Of a stretch of DNA of 51,224 nt, positions 8,315 to 16,256 are shown piece after piece. Below the pieces are notes generated by a model. That model saw only the letters and a list, made by a program, of their open reading frames with translations, did not search any database and had not been told where the DNA came from. Within the stretch, counting starts at the first letter, position 1, and each line of letters begins with the position of its first letter. This DNA is from Mycobacterium phage prophiGD17-1. The DNA lies in the sequence record MW584165.1. One strand, 5' to 3'. The position numbers were made by a program, and so were the translations under genes.

Positions 8315-8428
8315 TTGTGAGTGACATTGATCCGCGTGAGGCGAAGCTACCCGCCTGGGCGCGTGAGCAATTGGCGAAGGCTCGGATAGGTTCTTTCGCG
8401 TCTATCTCCAGGATTGGAGGCGGTCGAA

Positions 8429-8662
8429 GTGAGCGATATCGACTGGGAGACCGTTGAAGTCGATGACGGATTCAGGGCGGCACACCATGGCGTCTGCGGC
8501 AAGTGCGGCGAAGACATCTTCCCTGGCGAGCGTATCCGCCGGGCTGTCGGCGGTCACTACGAGCATGTCAAGTGCGATATCGATGTCGACGCCGAGGCCG
8601 ACGCGGCGCTGGTATCGGTGTGCCCGGACTGCAACCTTGAACACGCTGGCGGGTGCTTCTGA
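8429..8662 (+). CDS. small zinc-ribbon protein
   Basis: GGAGG RBS, then GTG 8429 after 8 nt. CGKCGE...CPDCN. Confidence 0.45.
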   Translation: MSDIDWETVEVDDGFRAAHHGVCGKCGEDIFPGERIRRAVGGHYEHVKCDIDVDAEADAALVSVCPDCNLEHAGGCF

Positions 8663-8892
8663 TGACGGCATACGAAGTCTCGGCATTCATCGAGACGAAT
8701 GAGCATCCCGAGCTGATCAGGCTGCGCATGGCCGATGTGATCGAAGGTGCCGGGATAAAGCTCGGAGACATCGCCTTGACGCGGGCCAAGGATCAGGCGC
8801 CAACGAACGGTGACGACAATCCGGCCCGCCAGGGTGATTGCACGAAGCTGTGCGGCGCCCCTGGTTGCGCGTCGTGGGGGTGCCTGTCATGA
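8662..8892 (+). CDS. hypothetical protein
   Basis: TGATG 1-nt overlap with the upstream gene. Confidence 0.45.
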   Translation: MTAYEVSAFIETNEHPELIRLRMADVIEGAGIKLGDIALTRAKDQAPTNGDDNPARQGDCTKLCGAPGCASWGCLS

Positions 8893-9935
8893 CCACCGAA
8901 ATCGACTGGGAATCGGTGCCGGACGTTGAGCCCGGCCCGGAGCGGGACTACTTCGGCGTGTACCGCAACGGCAACAATCAGCCGTTGATCATGGCCGAGG
9001 ATGGCAGCAAGCGCTACCCGTACCAGCGCACCACCAACTTCATTGACCAGCTGGAGGATGGCGGCGAGGGCCTGCGGATCTGGACCGAACGCCTCACCTT
9101 GGCCGGTCTGGTTATGTCACCGGAGCTGCGCAAAGAGCTGATGGCGTGGATGGGTGAGCCGCGCGAGCTGTCCGACATCGCCCGGCGCGCAGCACGGCTG
9201 GCGGGGCGCGATGAAAAGCAGGAATGGGGCTCGATGCTCCACCAGATCACCGACGCCATCGACAAGGGCGACATGATGCCCCGCCAGTGGTGGAACGAAA
9301 ACACCAAGCAGATGGAGCCGGTTCCGGTCGCCGAGGTGAACCGCGACGTGGAGGCCTACCGGATGGCCACGCGCTGCCTCACCCATCACGCAGCCGAACA
9401 GATGCACGTCTTCGACCCCTACCGGGTCGCGGGCACGCCTGACCGGGTGTCGAGCTACAGCGCCAACGGCAAGCGTCAGGGCCGCCCGAAGATTGCCGAC
9501 CTCAAGACGGGCACCCTGCATCCCCGGATGGTGGAGGCACAGCTAGCGATGTACTCACGCAGCCTCCCCTATGACCCGCAGGCCGAGGTGAGGTTGGACG
9601 CCGAACCGGTCGACCAGAAGCGCGGCATCGTCATCCACCTGCCGATGAAACAAGCCAGGTGCGAACTGTTTTGGGCTGACCTGACGAAGGGCTGGGCCGA
9701 CTGCAAGGTGGCCCGCGACAAGCATCAGAAGGGCTTGCGCCGCAAGCTGGAGACCCTGGGGCGACTCATCGAGCTTGGCCCCGATGTGCCGCTCATGGAG
9801 CGGGTTGGTCTGTGCGCCAATGTCGATGCCTTGCGCGACCTCTGGAAAGAAGCCGTCGAGCGCGGCGAGTTAACCGAAGACCTCAAGGCGGCATGCCTTG
9901 AACGCCAACAGTTGTTGGCACCAACCAGTAAGTAA
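8889..9935 (+). CDS. RecB-family (PD-(D/E)xK, Cas4-like) exonuclease
   Basis: ATGA overlap. IADLKTG (D-x-K-T-G) followed by QLAMY (Q-h-x-x-Y), the hallmark motifs III and QhxxY of RecB/Cas4-family nucleases. Confidence 0.6.
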   Translation: MTTEIDWESVPDVEPGPERDYFGVYRNGNNQPLIMAEDGSKRYPYQRTTNFIDQLEDGGEGLRIWTERLTLAGLVMSPELRKELMAWMGEPRELSDIARRAARLAGRDEKQEWGSMLHQITDAIDKGDMMPRQWWNENTKQMEPVPVAEVNRDVEAYRMATRCLTHHAAEQMHVFDPYRVAGTPDRVSSYSANGKRQGRPKIADLKTGTLHPRMVEAQLAMYSRSLPYDPQAEVRLDAEPVDQKRGIVIHLPMKQARCELFWADLTKGWADCKVARDKHQKGLRRKLETLGRLIELGPDVPLMERVGLCANVDALRDLWKEAVERGELTEDLKAACLERQQLLAPTSK

Positions 9936-9953
9936 CAGAAGGGAATACGCAAC

Positions 9954-10403
9954 ATGACTGCATGGGAAGATATCGACGTTCCACAGGGGGCGTTTGTCGG
10001 ATGGGGTGACGCCAAGGGTCAGCACGTGACCGGCAAGGTGCTGGAGTACGCCGAGCGCGGCGGCACCGACTTCAACGGCGGCACTTGCCCGCTACTGACG
10101 GTCGAACTCACCGAGGCTGCCGCATCATTCAACAAGGCGGGACAGCGCACCGACTTTCCGGCTGGGGATCTGGTCAACATCACCTGCGGACAGGTCTCGC
10201 TCAAGCGTGCCGTTAAGGCGGCGGCACTCGAAGCCGGTGACCTGGTGAAGATCACGCTGGAGGACTTCACGAAGACGCAGAACGGCACCGTGAAGGTGTT
10301 TGGCATCAAGGTGGCGCGCGGTGCAGGTGGACACGTCGCGCCGCCCGCGACCGCCAGCACCGGATTCGGTAGCACCGCCGACGATTCCACTCCACCGTTC
10401 TGA
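9954..10403 (+). CDS. hypothetical protein
   Basis: AGAAGGGAA RBS; 149 aa. Confidence 0.55.
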   Translation: MTAWEDIDVPQGAFVGWGDAKGQHVTGKVLEYAERGGTDFNGGTCPLLTVELTEAAASFNKAGQRTDFPAGDLVNITCGQVSLKRAVKAAALEAGDLVKITLEDFTKTQNGTVKVFGIKVARGAGGHVAPPATASTGFGSTADDSTPPF

Positions 10404-10531
10404 TCGACGGCTGGTCGCGCCTGCGGTGAGGACATGGGCCAGCGCGCTAATGCAGGCATTGGGCGCGGACCTTCAGATTGGCCCATGTCACCAGTACCCC
10501 CAAATTCCAAGGTATAGAAAGGATTTAACAA

Positions 10532-11002
10532 ATGGCTATCAGCAAGGCGGCGCTACTCGATGTCATCGATGGCGCCCTGAAAGCCCACACAGAAGACCAG
10601 CAGCGCTACGACGCCGAGGTCAAGGAATGGCAGCGCAAGCGGCGTGAGAAGTGGGACGCCGAGGCGGTCCCCCGCCTCGGCAGCCTGCGGGACATGTTGA
10701 CGACCAAGCTCAAAGCAGGCCAGGTCGTTACCGACAGGGACATTTCCAATGCGATTGGCCCAGACCTGGACGGCTACAACCGCAACGTCAGTTATGTGAC
10801 GTGGGAACCGAATTCGAAGCCCAGCTACAACCAAGTCAAGCCCGTACCTCACCTCAACGTCTCGACACTCAATCAGCTCAAGTCAGCGCTGTCGGTTATC
10901 GACGGCGAATCCATCTCGACAAGCACCCTGTCCCAGTGGGGTTTCCGCAACCTCGGATTCCTGTTCAAGTCCGCTACTGAACTCACCAAGGAAGGCAATT
11001 GA
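10532..11002 (+). CDS. hypothetical protein
   Basis: AAAGGA RBS; 156 aa. Confidence 0.55.
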   Translation: MAISKAALLDVIDGALKAHTEDQQRYDAEVKEWQRKRREKWDAEAVPRLGSLRDMLTTKLKAGQVVTDRDISNAIGPDLDGYNRNVSYVTWEPNSKPSYNQVKPVPHLNVSTLNQLKSALSVIDGESISTSTLSQWGFRNLGFLFKSATELTKEGN

Positions 11003-11865
11003 CCATGCCCGTATCCATGTGGATTTTCATCGTCCTGGCGGTGCTCGCCGTCATTGGCGTGATCATCGGCATCTTCGCCCGAGGCGAAGAGCGCGCGGTG
11101 AGCTTCGCAGGCGCGATTGTCGCCGGAGTTGTCGGCCTGGTGTTCTTCGCGTTCGCCGCGACGACCGTCGTTGGCACGCGCCAGATCGGCATCGAGACGA
11201 AGTTCGGCCGCCCCACTGGCACGACGCTCACCAACGGCCTGCACCTCAAGTCGCCGGTCACCTCGGTAACCGAGATGGACGGTGCCGTGCAGATCGACCA
11301 GCACAAGGACAATGGACGTATCAAGGTCCGGCTGGGCAACAGCTCGACAGCGGACGCTGACGTGTCGGTGCGCTGGCAGATCAAGCCGGACGCGGCACCC
11401 GAATTATTCTTGCAATACAAGACATTCGACAACGTGCGCATCAACCTGGTGACCCGCAACCTACAGGTTGCCCTCAACGAGGTGTTCGCAACGTTCGATC
11501 CTCTGGCGCCGAAGAACCTTGACCGTTCACCGCTGCCCGAGCTGTCGACGCAGGCGAAGAACATTCTGGCCGCGAAGGTCGGCAGTCAGGTCGAGATTCT
11601 GGATGTCGCGGTGCCCACCATCGACTACGACGACGGCACCGAGCAGAAGATCAACCAGCTCAACCAGGAACGGGCGGCGACCGCTGTCGCCGAGCAGGCC
11701 AAGAAGACCGCCGTAGAGCAGGCCAAGGCCAACGGCGAGTTGGCCGGATCGGTCTCGCGCGACCCCAACGTCCTGGTCTCGAAGTGCTTGGACATCGCCC
11801 GCGAGAAGGGCTTGGCGCTTCTGTGCTGGCCCACAACCCCTGTCCCCACCATCCCCGTCAAGTAA
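10999..11865 (+). CDS. SPFH / band-7 (stomatin-prohibitin-HflKC) family membrane protein
   Basis: N-terminal TM helix, then GIETKFGRPTGTTLTNGLHLKSPV (the characteristic band-7 PGLHFK-like motif). Overlaps the upstream stop. Start is TTG 10999 or ATG 11005. Confidence 0.65.
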   Translation: MTMPVSMWIFIVLAVLAVIGVIIGIFARGEERAVSFAGAIVAGVVGLVFFAFAATTVVGTRQIGIETKFGRPTGTTLTNGLHLKSPVTSVTEMDGAVQIDQHKDNGRIKVRLGNSSTADADVSVRWQIKPDAAPELFLQYKTFDNVRINLVTRNLQVALNEVFATFDPLAPKNLDRSPLPELSTQAKNILAAKVGSQVEILDVAVPTIDYDDGTEQKINQLNQERAATAVAEQAKKTAVEQAKANGELAGSVSRDPNVLVSKCLDIAREKGLALLCWPTTPVPTIPVK

Positions 11866-11936
11866 GGCGGCGGCTGGCGGCGGGTGTCCCCCCGCCCCGC
11901 CGTCAGCCGTCCAAAACCCCCAGAGAGGCAACCGCA

Positions 11937-13133
11937 GTGAATCGCATCCCCGGCCACAACCTGTTGAACTTCGCCAGCCAGATCGATGACAACACCATCG
12001 AGCAGGCCAAGGAAACGGCATCCATGCCGTTCATCCACCCGCACGTTGCACTCATGCCGGACGCGCACAGCGGCAAGGGCTCGGCGGTCGGCACCGTCAT
12101 CCCCACAGTCGGCGCTGTCATCCCGGCAGCGGTCGGCGTAGACATCGGGTGCGGCATGATCGCGGTGCGCACCGCCTACGTCGGTGCCCATATCGACGGC
12201 CGGGACTTGTCGAAGCTGCGCGCCTCGGTGGAGTCGGCCATCCCGCTCTCCCCAGGCAACTACAACCGGAGCCTGGACCGGTTCGACTTCACTGCCGAGA
12301 AGATCGCCGGACTTGAGCACATGGCCAAGTACGACGTTGATCTGTCGCACTCGCCGAAGTGGCGCGAGCAGCTGGGCAGCCTCGGCGGCGGCAACCATTT
12401 CATCGAACTATGCGTCGACAACTACGAGCGGGTGTGGCTATTCCTGCATTCCGGTTCACGCGGTGTCGGCAACAAGATCGCCCAGAAGCACATCAAGGTG
12501 GCTCAGGACTTGTGCAAACGGTACTGGATTGACCTGCCGAACCGTGACCTCGCCTACCTGGCTGAGGACACCGACGAATTCAACTCGTACATCAAGGAAT
12601 TGGCGTGGGCGCAGCGTTTCGCCTACCTAAACCGTGCCGAAATGATGGACCGCTTCCTGCGGGCATTCGCGCACTGGATGGGCTCCGACCCGACCAACGC
12701 CGACGAGGTGGCCAGTATCGAGGTCGAGCGCATCAACTGCCACCACAACTACACCGCCCGGCAGAAGATCGGGAACGTCGATGTGTGGCTGACCCGCAAG
12801 GGCGCTATCGACGCCAATGAGGGTGTTATGGGCGTCATCCCCGGCTCGATGGGCACCCGCTCGTATGTGGTGCGCGGCAAGGGCAACCCGGCAGGCCTGT
12901 ATTCAGCACCGCACGGCGCCGGACGCCGGTTCTCGCGCACCAAGGCCCGCGAACTGTTCACCGCCGACGACTTGGCCAAGGCCATGGCCGGTATCGAATA
13001 CCGGCACGGTGAGGCGTGGATCGATGAGATTCCGCAGGCATACAAGGACATTGACGTTGTGATGGACGACGCCGCCGAGTTGGTCGAGGTCGTCGCCGAG
13101 CTGCGCCAGGTCATGAACGTGAAGGGACAGTGA
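11937..13133 (+). CDS. rtcB: RtcB-family RNA ligase
   Basis: MPDAHSGKGSAVG, GGGNHF, HSGSRGVG and CHHNY are diagnostic RtcB motifs. GTG start at 11937 after AGAGAGG, aligning with the N-terminus of E. coli RtcB. The table's 11784 start is rejected. Confidence 0.85.
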   Translation: MNRIPGHNLLNFASQIDDNTIEQAKETASMPFIHPHVALMPDAHSGKGSAVGTVIPTVGAVIPAAVGVDIGCGMIAVRTAYVGAHIDGRDLSKLRASVESAIPLSPGNYNRSLDRFDFTAEKIAGLEHMAKYDVDLSHSPKWREQLGSLGGGNHFIELCVDNYERVWLFLHSGSRGVGNKIAQKHIKVAQDLCKRYWIDLPNRDLAYLAEDTDEFNSYIKELAWAQRFAYLNRAEMMDRFLRAFAHWMGSDPTNADEVASIEVERINCHHNYTARQKIGNVDVWLTRKGAIDANEGVMGVIPGSMGTRSYVVRGKGNPAGLYSAPHGAGRRFSRTKARELFTADDLAKAMAGIEYRHGEAWIDEIPQAYKDIDVVMDDAAELVEVVAELRQVMNVKGQ

Positions 13134-13408
13134 CCATGGCACAGCACGAGATGCGCGACCCGTCCGAGAATCGGTGCGTCGCCCGCAAGATAGATGGCGC
13201 CTTCTACCGGGTGTCGTGGAACGGCTCACCCGGCGGTGATGTGATCCTCCCCGAGGGCGCGTTGGGTGTCGTGCGGTCGCCTGTGTCCCACCACAACGAC
13301 CGCGTGGCCACCATCGACCGGCCCGTGGTGCGCGTAACGCCACTGGGGCGCACATGGCGTATCGGCTACAACATCGACGGCCAGTTTCGCGTCGAGGCCA
13401 TCGCATGA
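13130..13408 (+). CDS. hypothetical protein
   Basis: GTGA overlap with rtcB; alternative ATG at 13136. Confidence 0.5.
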   Translation: MTMAQHEMRDPSENRCVARKIDGAFYRVSWNGSPGGDVILPEGALGVVRSPVSHHNDRVATIDRPVVRVTPLGRTWRIGYNIDGQFRVEAIA

Positions 13409-14115
13409 GGCTTTTCAGCACATGCCGCGACTGCGGTGAGGCCATGTTGGTCACCAGCATTGACGACACGGTGCATCCGACATGCGAGCCGAAGCCGACC
13501 GCCGTCGACATTCAGTGCGCCGAGTTCCTGGCCGCTGTGCAGGCCGGTGACGACGCTCGCGCCGACGAGCTGGCCGCGACCATCGATGCCGCCGAACGGC
13601 CCACCTTGCGCGGCTCAGCCCTGTACTACAGCCAGTCCCTCGGCTGGCCGGTGTTCCCACTCAAGGCCGGGAGCAAGGAACCGGCCACGCTCAAGGGATT
13701 CAAGGACGCCACCACGAACCGGCGCCGCATCGAAGCCTGGTGGAACGGCAACCCCAACTACAACATTGGGCTTGCTACCGGCCACGCCTTCGATGTGGTG
13801 GACATCGACCCCGGTCCGGGTGGCCGCGAGTCTCTGGCGCAGCTGGAGCAGGCGGGCAGCCTGCCCGACGTTCACGGCTATGTGGTCACCGCAGGCAACC
13901 GCGCCGAAGGCCGACCAGCTGGCATTCACCTGTACGTCAAAGCCACCGGACGCGGCAACCGTGCTGGCTTCCTACCCGGCATCGATTATCGCGGAACGGG
14001 TGGCTATGTCGTCGGCGCCCCATCCACCCTCGGCAACCACCAGAGCTGGCAATGGCTCATGCGGCCATCACCAGATATCAAGGCACACAACAACACTGAA
14101 AGGAAAGTGGCATGA
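13405..14115 (+). CDS. bifunctional DNA primase/polymerase (PrimPol) N-terminal domain protein
   Basis: ATGA overlap. GWPVFPLKAGSKEP...KDATTN...IEAWW..NPNYNIGLATG..FDVVDID matches the Prim-Pol domain signature. N-terminal Cys cluster. Confidence 0.65.
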   Translation: MRLFSTCRDCGEAMLVTSIDDTVHPTCEPKPTAVDIQCAEFLAAVQAGDDARADELAATIDAAERPTLRGSALYYSQSLGWPVFPLKAGSKEPATLKGFKDATTNRRRIEAWWNGNPNYNIGLATGHAFDVVDIDPGPGGRESLAQLEQAGSLPDVHGYVVTAGNRAEGRPAGIHLYVKATGRGNRAGFLPGIDYRGTGGYVVGAPSTLGNHQSWQWLMRPSPDIKAHNNTERKVA

Positions 14116-14426
14116 GTAGCGCGCAGACGCTCATGGTGCAGACGATGGGGGCACACCGGTCCTACTACAACCACGGCGACGACTGCGACCGGTGCACAGG
14201 CTGCAATTGGAGGGGTCATGCACCCGATGAGCACGAGGCCCACGTTGCCGCTGAGATAGATAAAGCCCTAGGAGGACTCACGCGGAAGCGGCGGATTGAC
14301 CGTCAATGGCGCGAGACGGGCGAGGTGCACCACGACCGATTCTTTGAAGGGAAGCCCGTCCCCAAGACGCGGCTGCACTATGTGCAGCAGTCCCGTTGGG
14401 CGTCTGACTGGACGGTGACCGAATGA
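14112..14426 (+). CDS. hypothetical protein
   Basis: ATGA overlap. Confidence 0.5.
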   Translation: MSSAQTLMVQTMGAHRSYYNHGDDCDRCTGCNWRGHAPDEHEAHVAAEIDKALGGLTRKRRIDRQWRETGEVHHDRFFEGKPVPKTRLHYVQQSRWASDWTVTE

Positions 14427-14456
14427 GCACCTTGACCGGCTGGACGAAGGCAACCA

Positions 14457-14732
14457 ATGTCTAGCCCGCTGGCGTTCGGCGACTGCGGCGGGGTGCTCGA
14501 CTGCGGGCTTGTGCCATCACTCAACGCCGACATCGTTGAGGTTAAGCGCGCCGTATTTGACTACCGCACAGGCATTGTCATGGTCGATGGCCGACGCTTC
14601 CCGTTCATGCTCCACGAAGACGGCCCCACCGTTGAGTTGAACGGTCACGGCTACCCCGTCGTACTCACGGTCCCGGCGGTGTTCCTGATCGATGACCTAC
14701 ACATCATTGGCGCACCGAGACGGGGGCGCTGA
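14457..14732 (+). CDS. hypothetical protein
   Basis: ORF with ATG start. Confidence 0.45.
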   Translation: MSSPLAFGDCGGVLDCGLVPSLNADIVEVKRAVFDYRTGIVMVDGRRFPFMLHEDGPTVELNGHGYPVVLTVPAVFLIDDLHIIGAPRRGR

Positions 14733-14899
14733 TGAGTACCCGAATCGTGTTCCCCGCACCTGAGCCGCCCAAGGGTTCCGTCCAGTGCGGACGTTGCGGG
14801 CGATTCTGTCGCCGTAACCCCACACGCGCTGTCACGTATTGGCCCGACACTTGGGTCGATCACTATCTCTGCCAATCGTGCAAGGAACTGGAGCTATGA
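14732..14899 (+). CDS. small zinc-ribbon protein (55 aa)
   Basis: TGATG overlap upstream and ATGA overlap downstream. CGRCGRFC...CQSC. Under the 60-aa table cutoff. Confidence 0.35.
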   Translation: MSTRIVFPAPEPPKGSVQCGRCGRFCRRNPTRAVTYWPDTWVDHYLCQSCKELEL

Positions 14900-15192
14900 C
14901 CGACCCAGCAGTCGAAGCCGCACAACGGGTCTGGGCGGCAATGTTCCCGCTCGGCCCGTCATGGAACGCTGTGGCCCATGGCGGAAACGAGGACTTCTTC
15001 GTTGCTGCTGCCCGTGAGATGGCTAAGTCGATTCGCAAACTGCACCGGCCGATGACCCCGAGCGAGCTGGCCGACGCCGGGCTATCGCCAGATTGGCGAA
15101 AGTGCGTTGAGTGCTCCAGCGGCTACTACTGGCGAGACTTTCCCTGCGCGACAGCCGAACACATTTACACGACAGAGGAATTGGAGCGATGA
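14896..15192 (+). CDS. hypothetical protein
   Basis: ATGA overlap. Internal start of the table ORF 14839. Confidence 0.5.
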   Translation: MTDPAVEAAQRVWAAMFPLGPSWNAVAHGGNEDFFVAAAREMAKSIRKLHRPMTPSELADAGLSPDWRKCVECSSGYYWRDFPCATAEHIYTTEELER

Positions 15193-16256
15193 CCGCTAAC
15201 CCGGAACAGTCGGTGCTGGACGCTATCGACGCGCTGGTCGATGAGCAGATGGCGGGCGGCGAGTACGCCGCCATCTCGCGCGCCGAGGCGGTAGTTACTG
15301 GCGTGGACCGGTGCGCGCTATGCGGCGTCAACTGGCACGGCTCCCCGTGGACGGGCGTCGACCGCGACCATCTCGGCGAGTACGACCAGCGCAACCACGG
15401 GCGTTCCGTGGGATGCCCTGGCGCGTTCGCGACTGGGCCGCAACGCATTCGGTACCGCTGGCACAAACGGCAACGCTCAGCGATGCGGGAGTGGATGGGG
15501 CGCGGTCAAGATCCGTTGCAGCGGTGCCTGCAGACCCTGCAGAACATCTATGACTTCATCGAATTGCTGACAGGCGAGCAACCGGCGCCCTGGCAGCGCG
15601 AGCAGCTGGCCAGCTGGTTCAACGGCACCGTCCCGAACCTGCCTCCAGAGTTCCAGTTCCCCCGGCCTATTCGGTTCCCGCCGCCCATGGGCCCGCGCGG
15701 CGCCGAGGCCACATTCGAGGCACTGGACGAGGCGTACACGATCGATCCGGCAGACACCTCGGCGCCCTTGCCGAAGCTGTTCATGGTTCCGACCCGTGGC
15801 GGTCAGCAGTCGATCACGCGCCTCCGGCCCGATAGTCGGGCCCTGCTGCGCTACTGGGGATCACCGCAGGTGCTCGGTAGGTGGTGGGAACTAGATCCGG
15901 CTGAAATGCCCTGGGCTGACCTGGAAATCACGCACGAACAGGACCGACCGCCCTTGGGCCGGACAGGCCGGGATAGGTCACTGCCCCCGTTTCAACGCGT
16001 CTTCATTGAGCTGACCACAGTCAGCGGGTTGCACGCCAACCCGATCGGTTTGATTGCGATCGGGCACGGCGACCCCGGCGCCTCCGGCACGGTGCGCCGC
16101 GCCTACCTCAAGTCGATCGGCGATCATCCGCCGCTGCTCTACGGCGGCGACCGTCGCACAAGCGCATGGCAGCCGACATCGTGGGTCTTGCTCGGCGACG
16201 GGCGGATGAACCCTGAGCAGCTGGTGCGCACGATGCGTGAGGTCGAGCACCTGTGA
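15189..16256 (+). CDS. hypothetical protein
   Basis: ATGA overlap; 355 aa. Confidence 0.55.
   Translation: MTANPEQSVLDAIDALVDEQMAGGEYAAISRAEAVVTGVDRCALCGVNWHGSPWTGVDRDHLGEYDQRNHGRSVGCPGAFATGPQRIRYRWHKRQRSAMREWMGRGQDPLQRCLQTLQNIYDFIELLTGEQPAPWQREQLASWFNGTVPNLPPEFQFPRPIRFPPPMGPRGAEATFEALDEAYTIDPADTSAPLPKLFMVPTRGGQQSITRLRPDSRALLRYWGSPQVLGRWWELDPAEMPWADLEITHEQDRPPLGRTGRDRSLPPFQRVFIELTTVSGLHANPIGLIAIGHGDPGASGTVRRAYLKSIGDHPPLLYGGDRRTSAWQPTSWVLLGDGRMNPEQLVRTMREVEHL

Noticed and set aside
8317-8457. 46-aa ORF with GTG start and AAAGG RBS between 8314 and 8429
   Set aside because: Overlaps the better-supported zinc-ribbon gene (GGAGG RBS, GTG 8429) by 29 nt in another frame. Kept only as a possibility, not annotated.
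11784-11936. Upstream extension of the RtcB ORF to ATG 11784
   Set aside because: The extension is Pro/Arg-rich junk overlapping the end of the SPFH gene. The RtcB N-terminus aligns from the GTG at 11937, which has an AGAGAGG RBS.
14423-14464. ATGA-coupled start at 14423 after gene 14112-14426
   Set aside because: That frame terminates after 13 codons. The next real ORF starts at ATG 14457.
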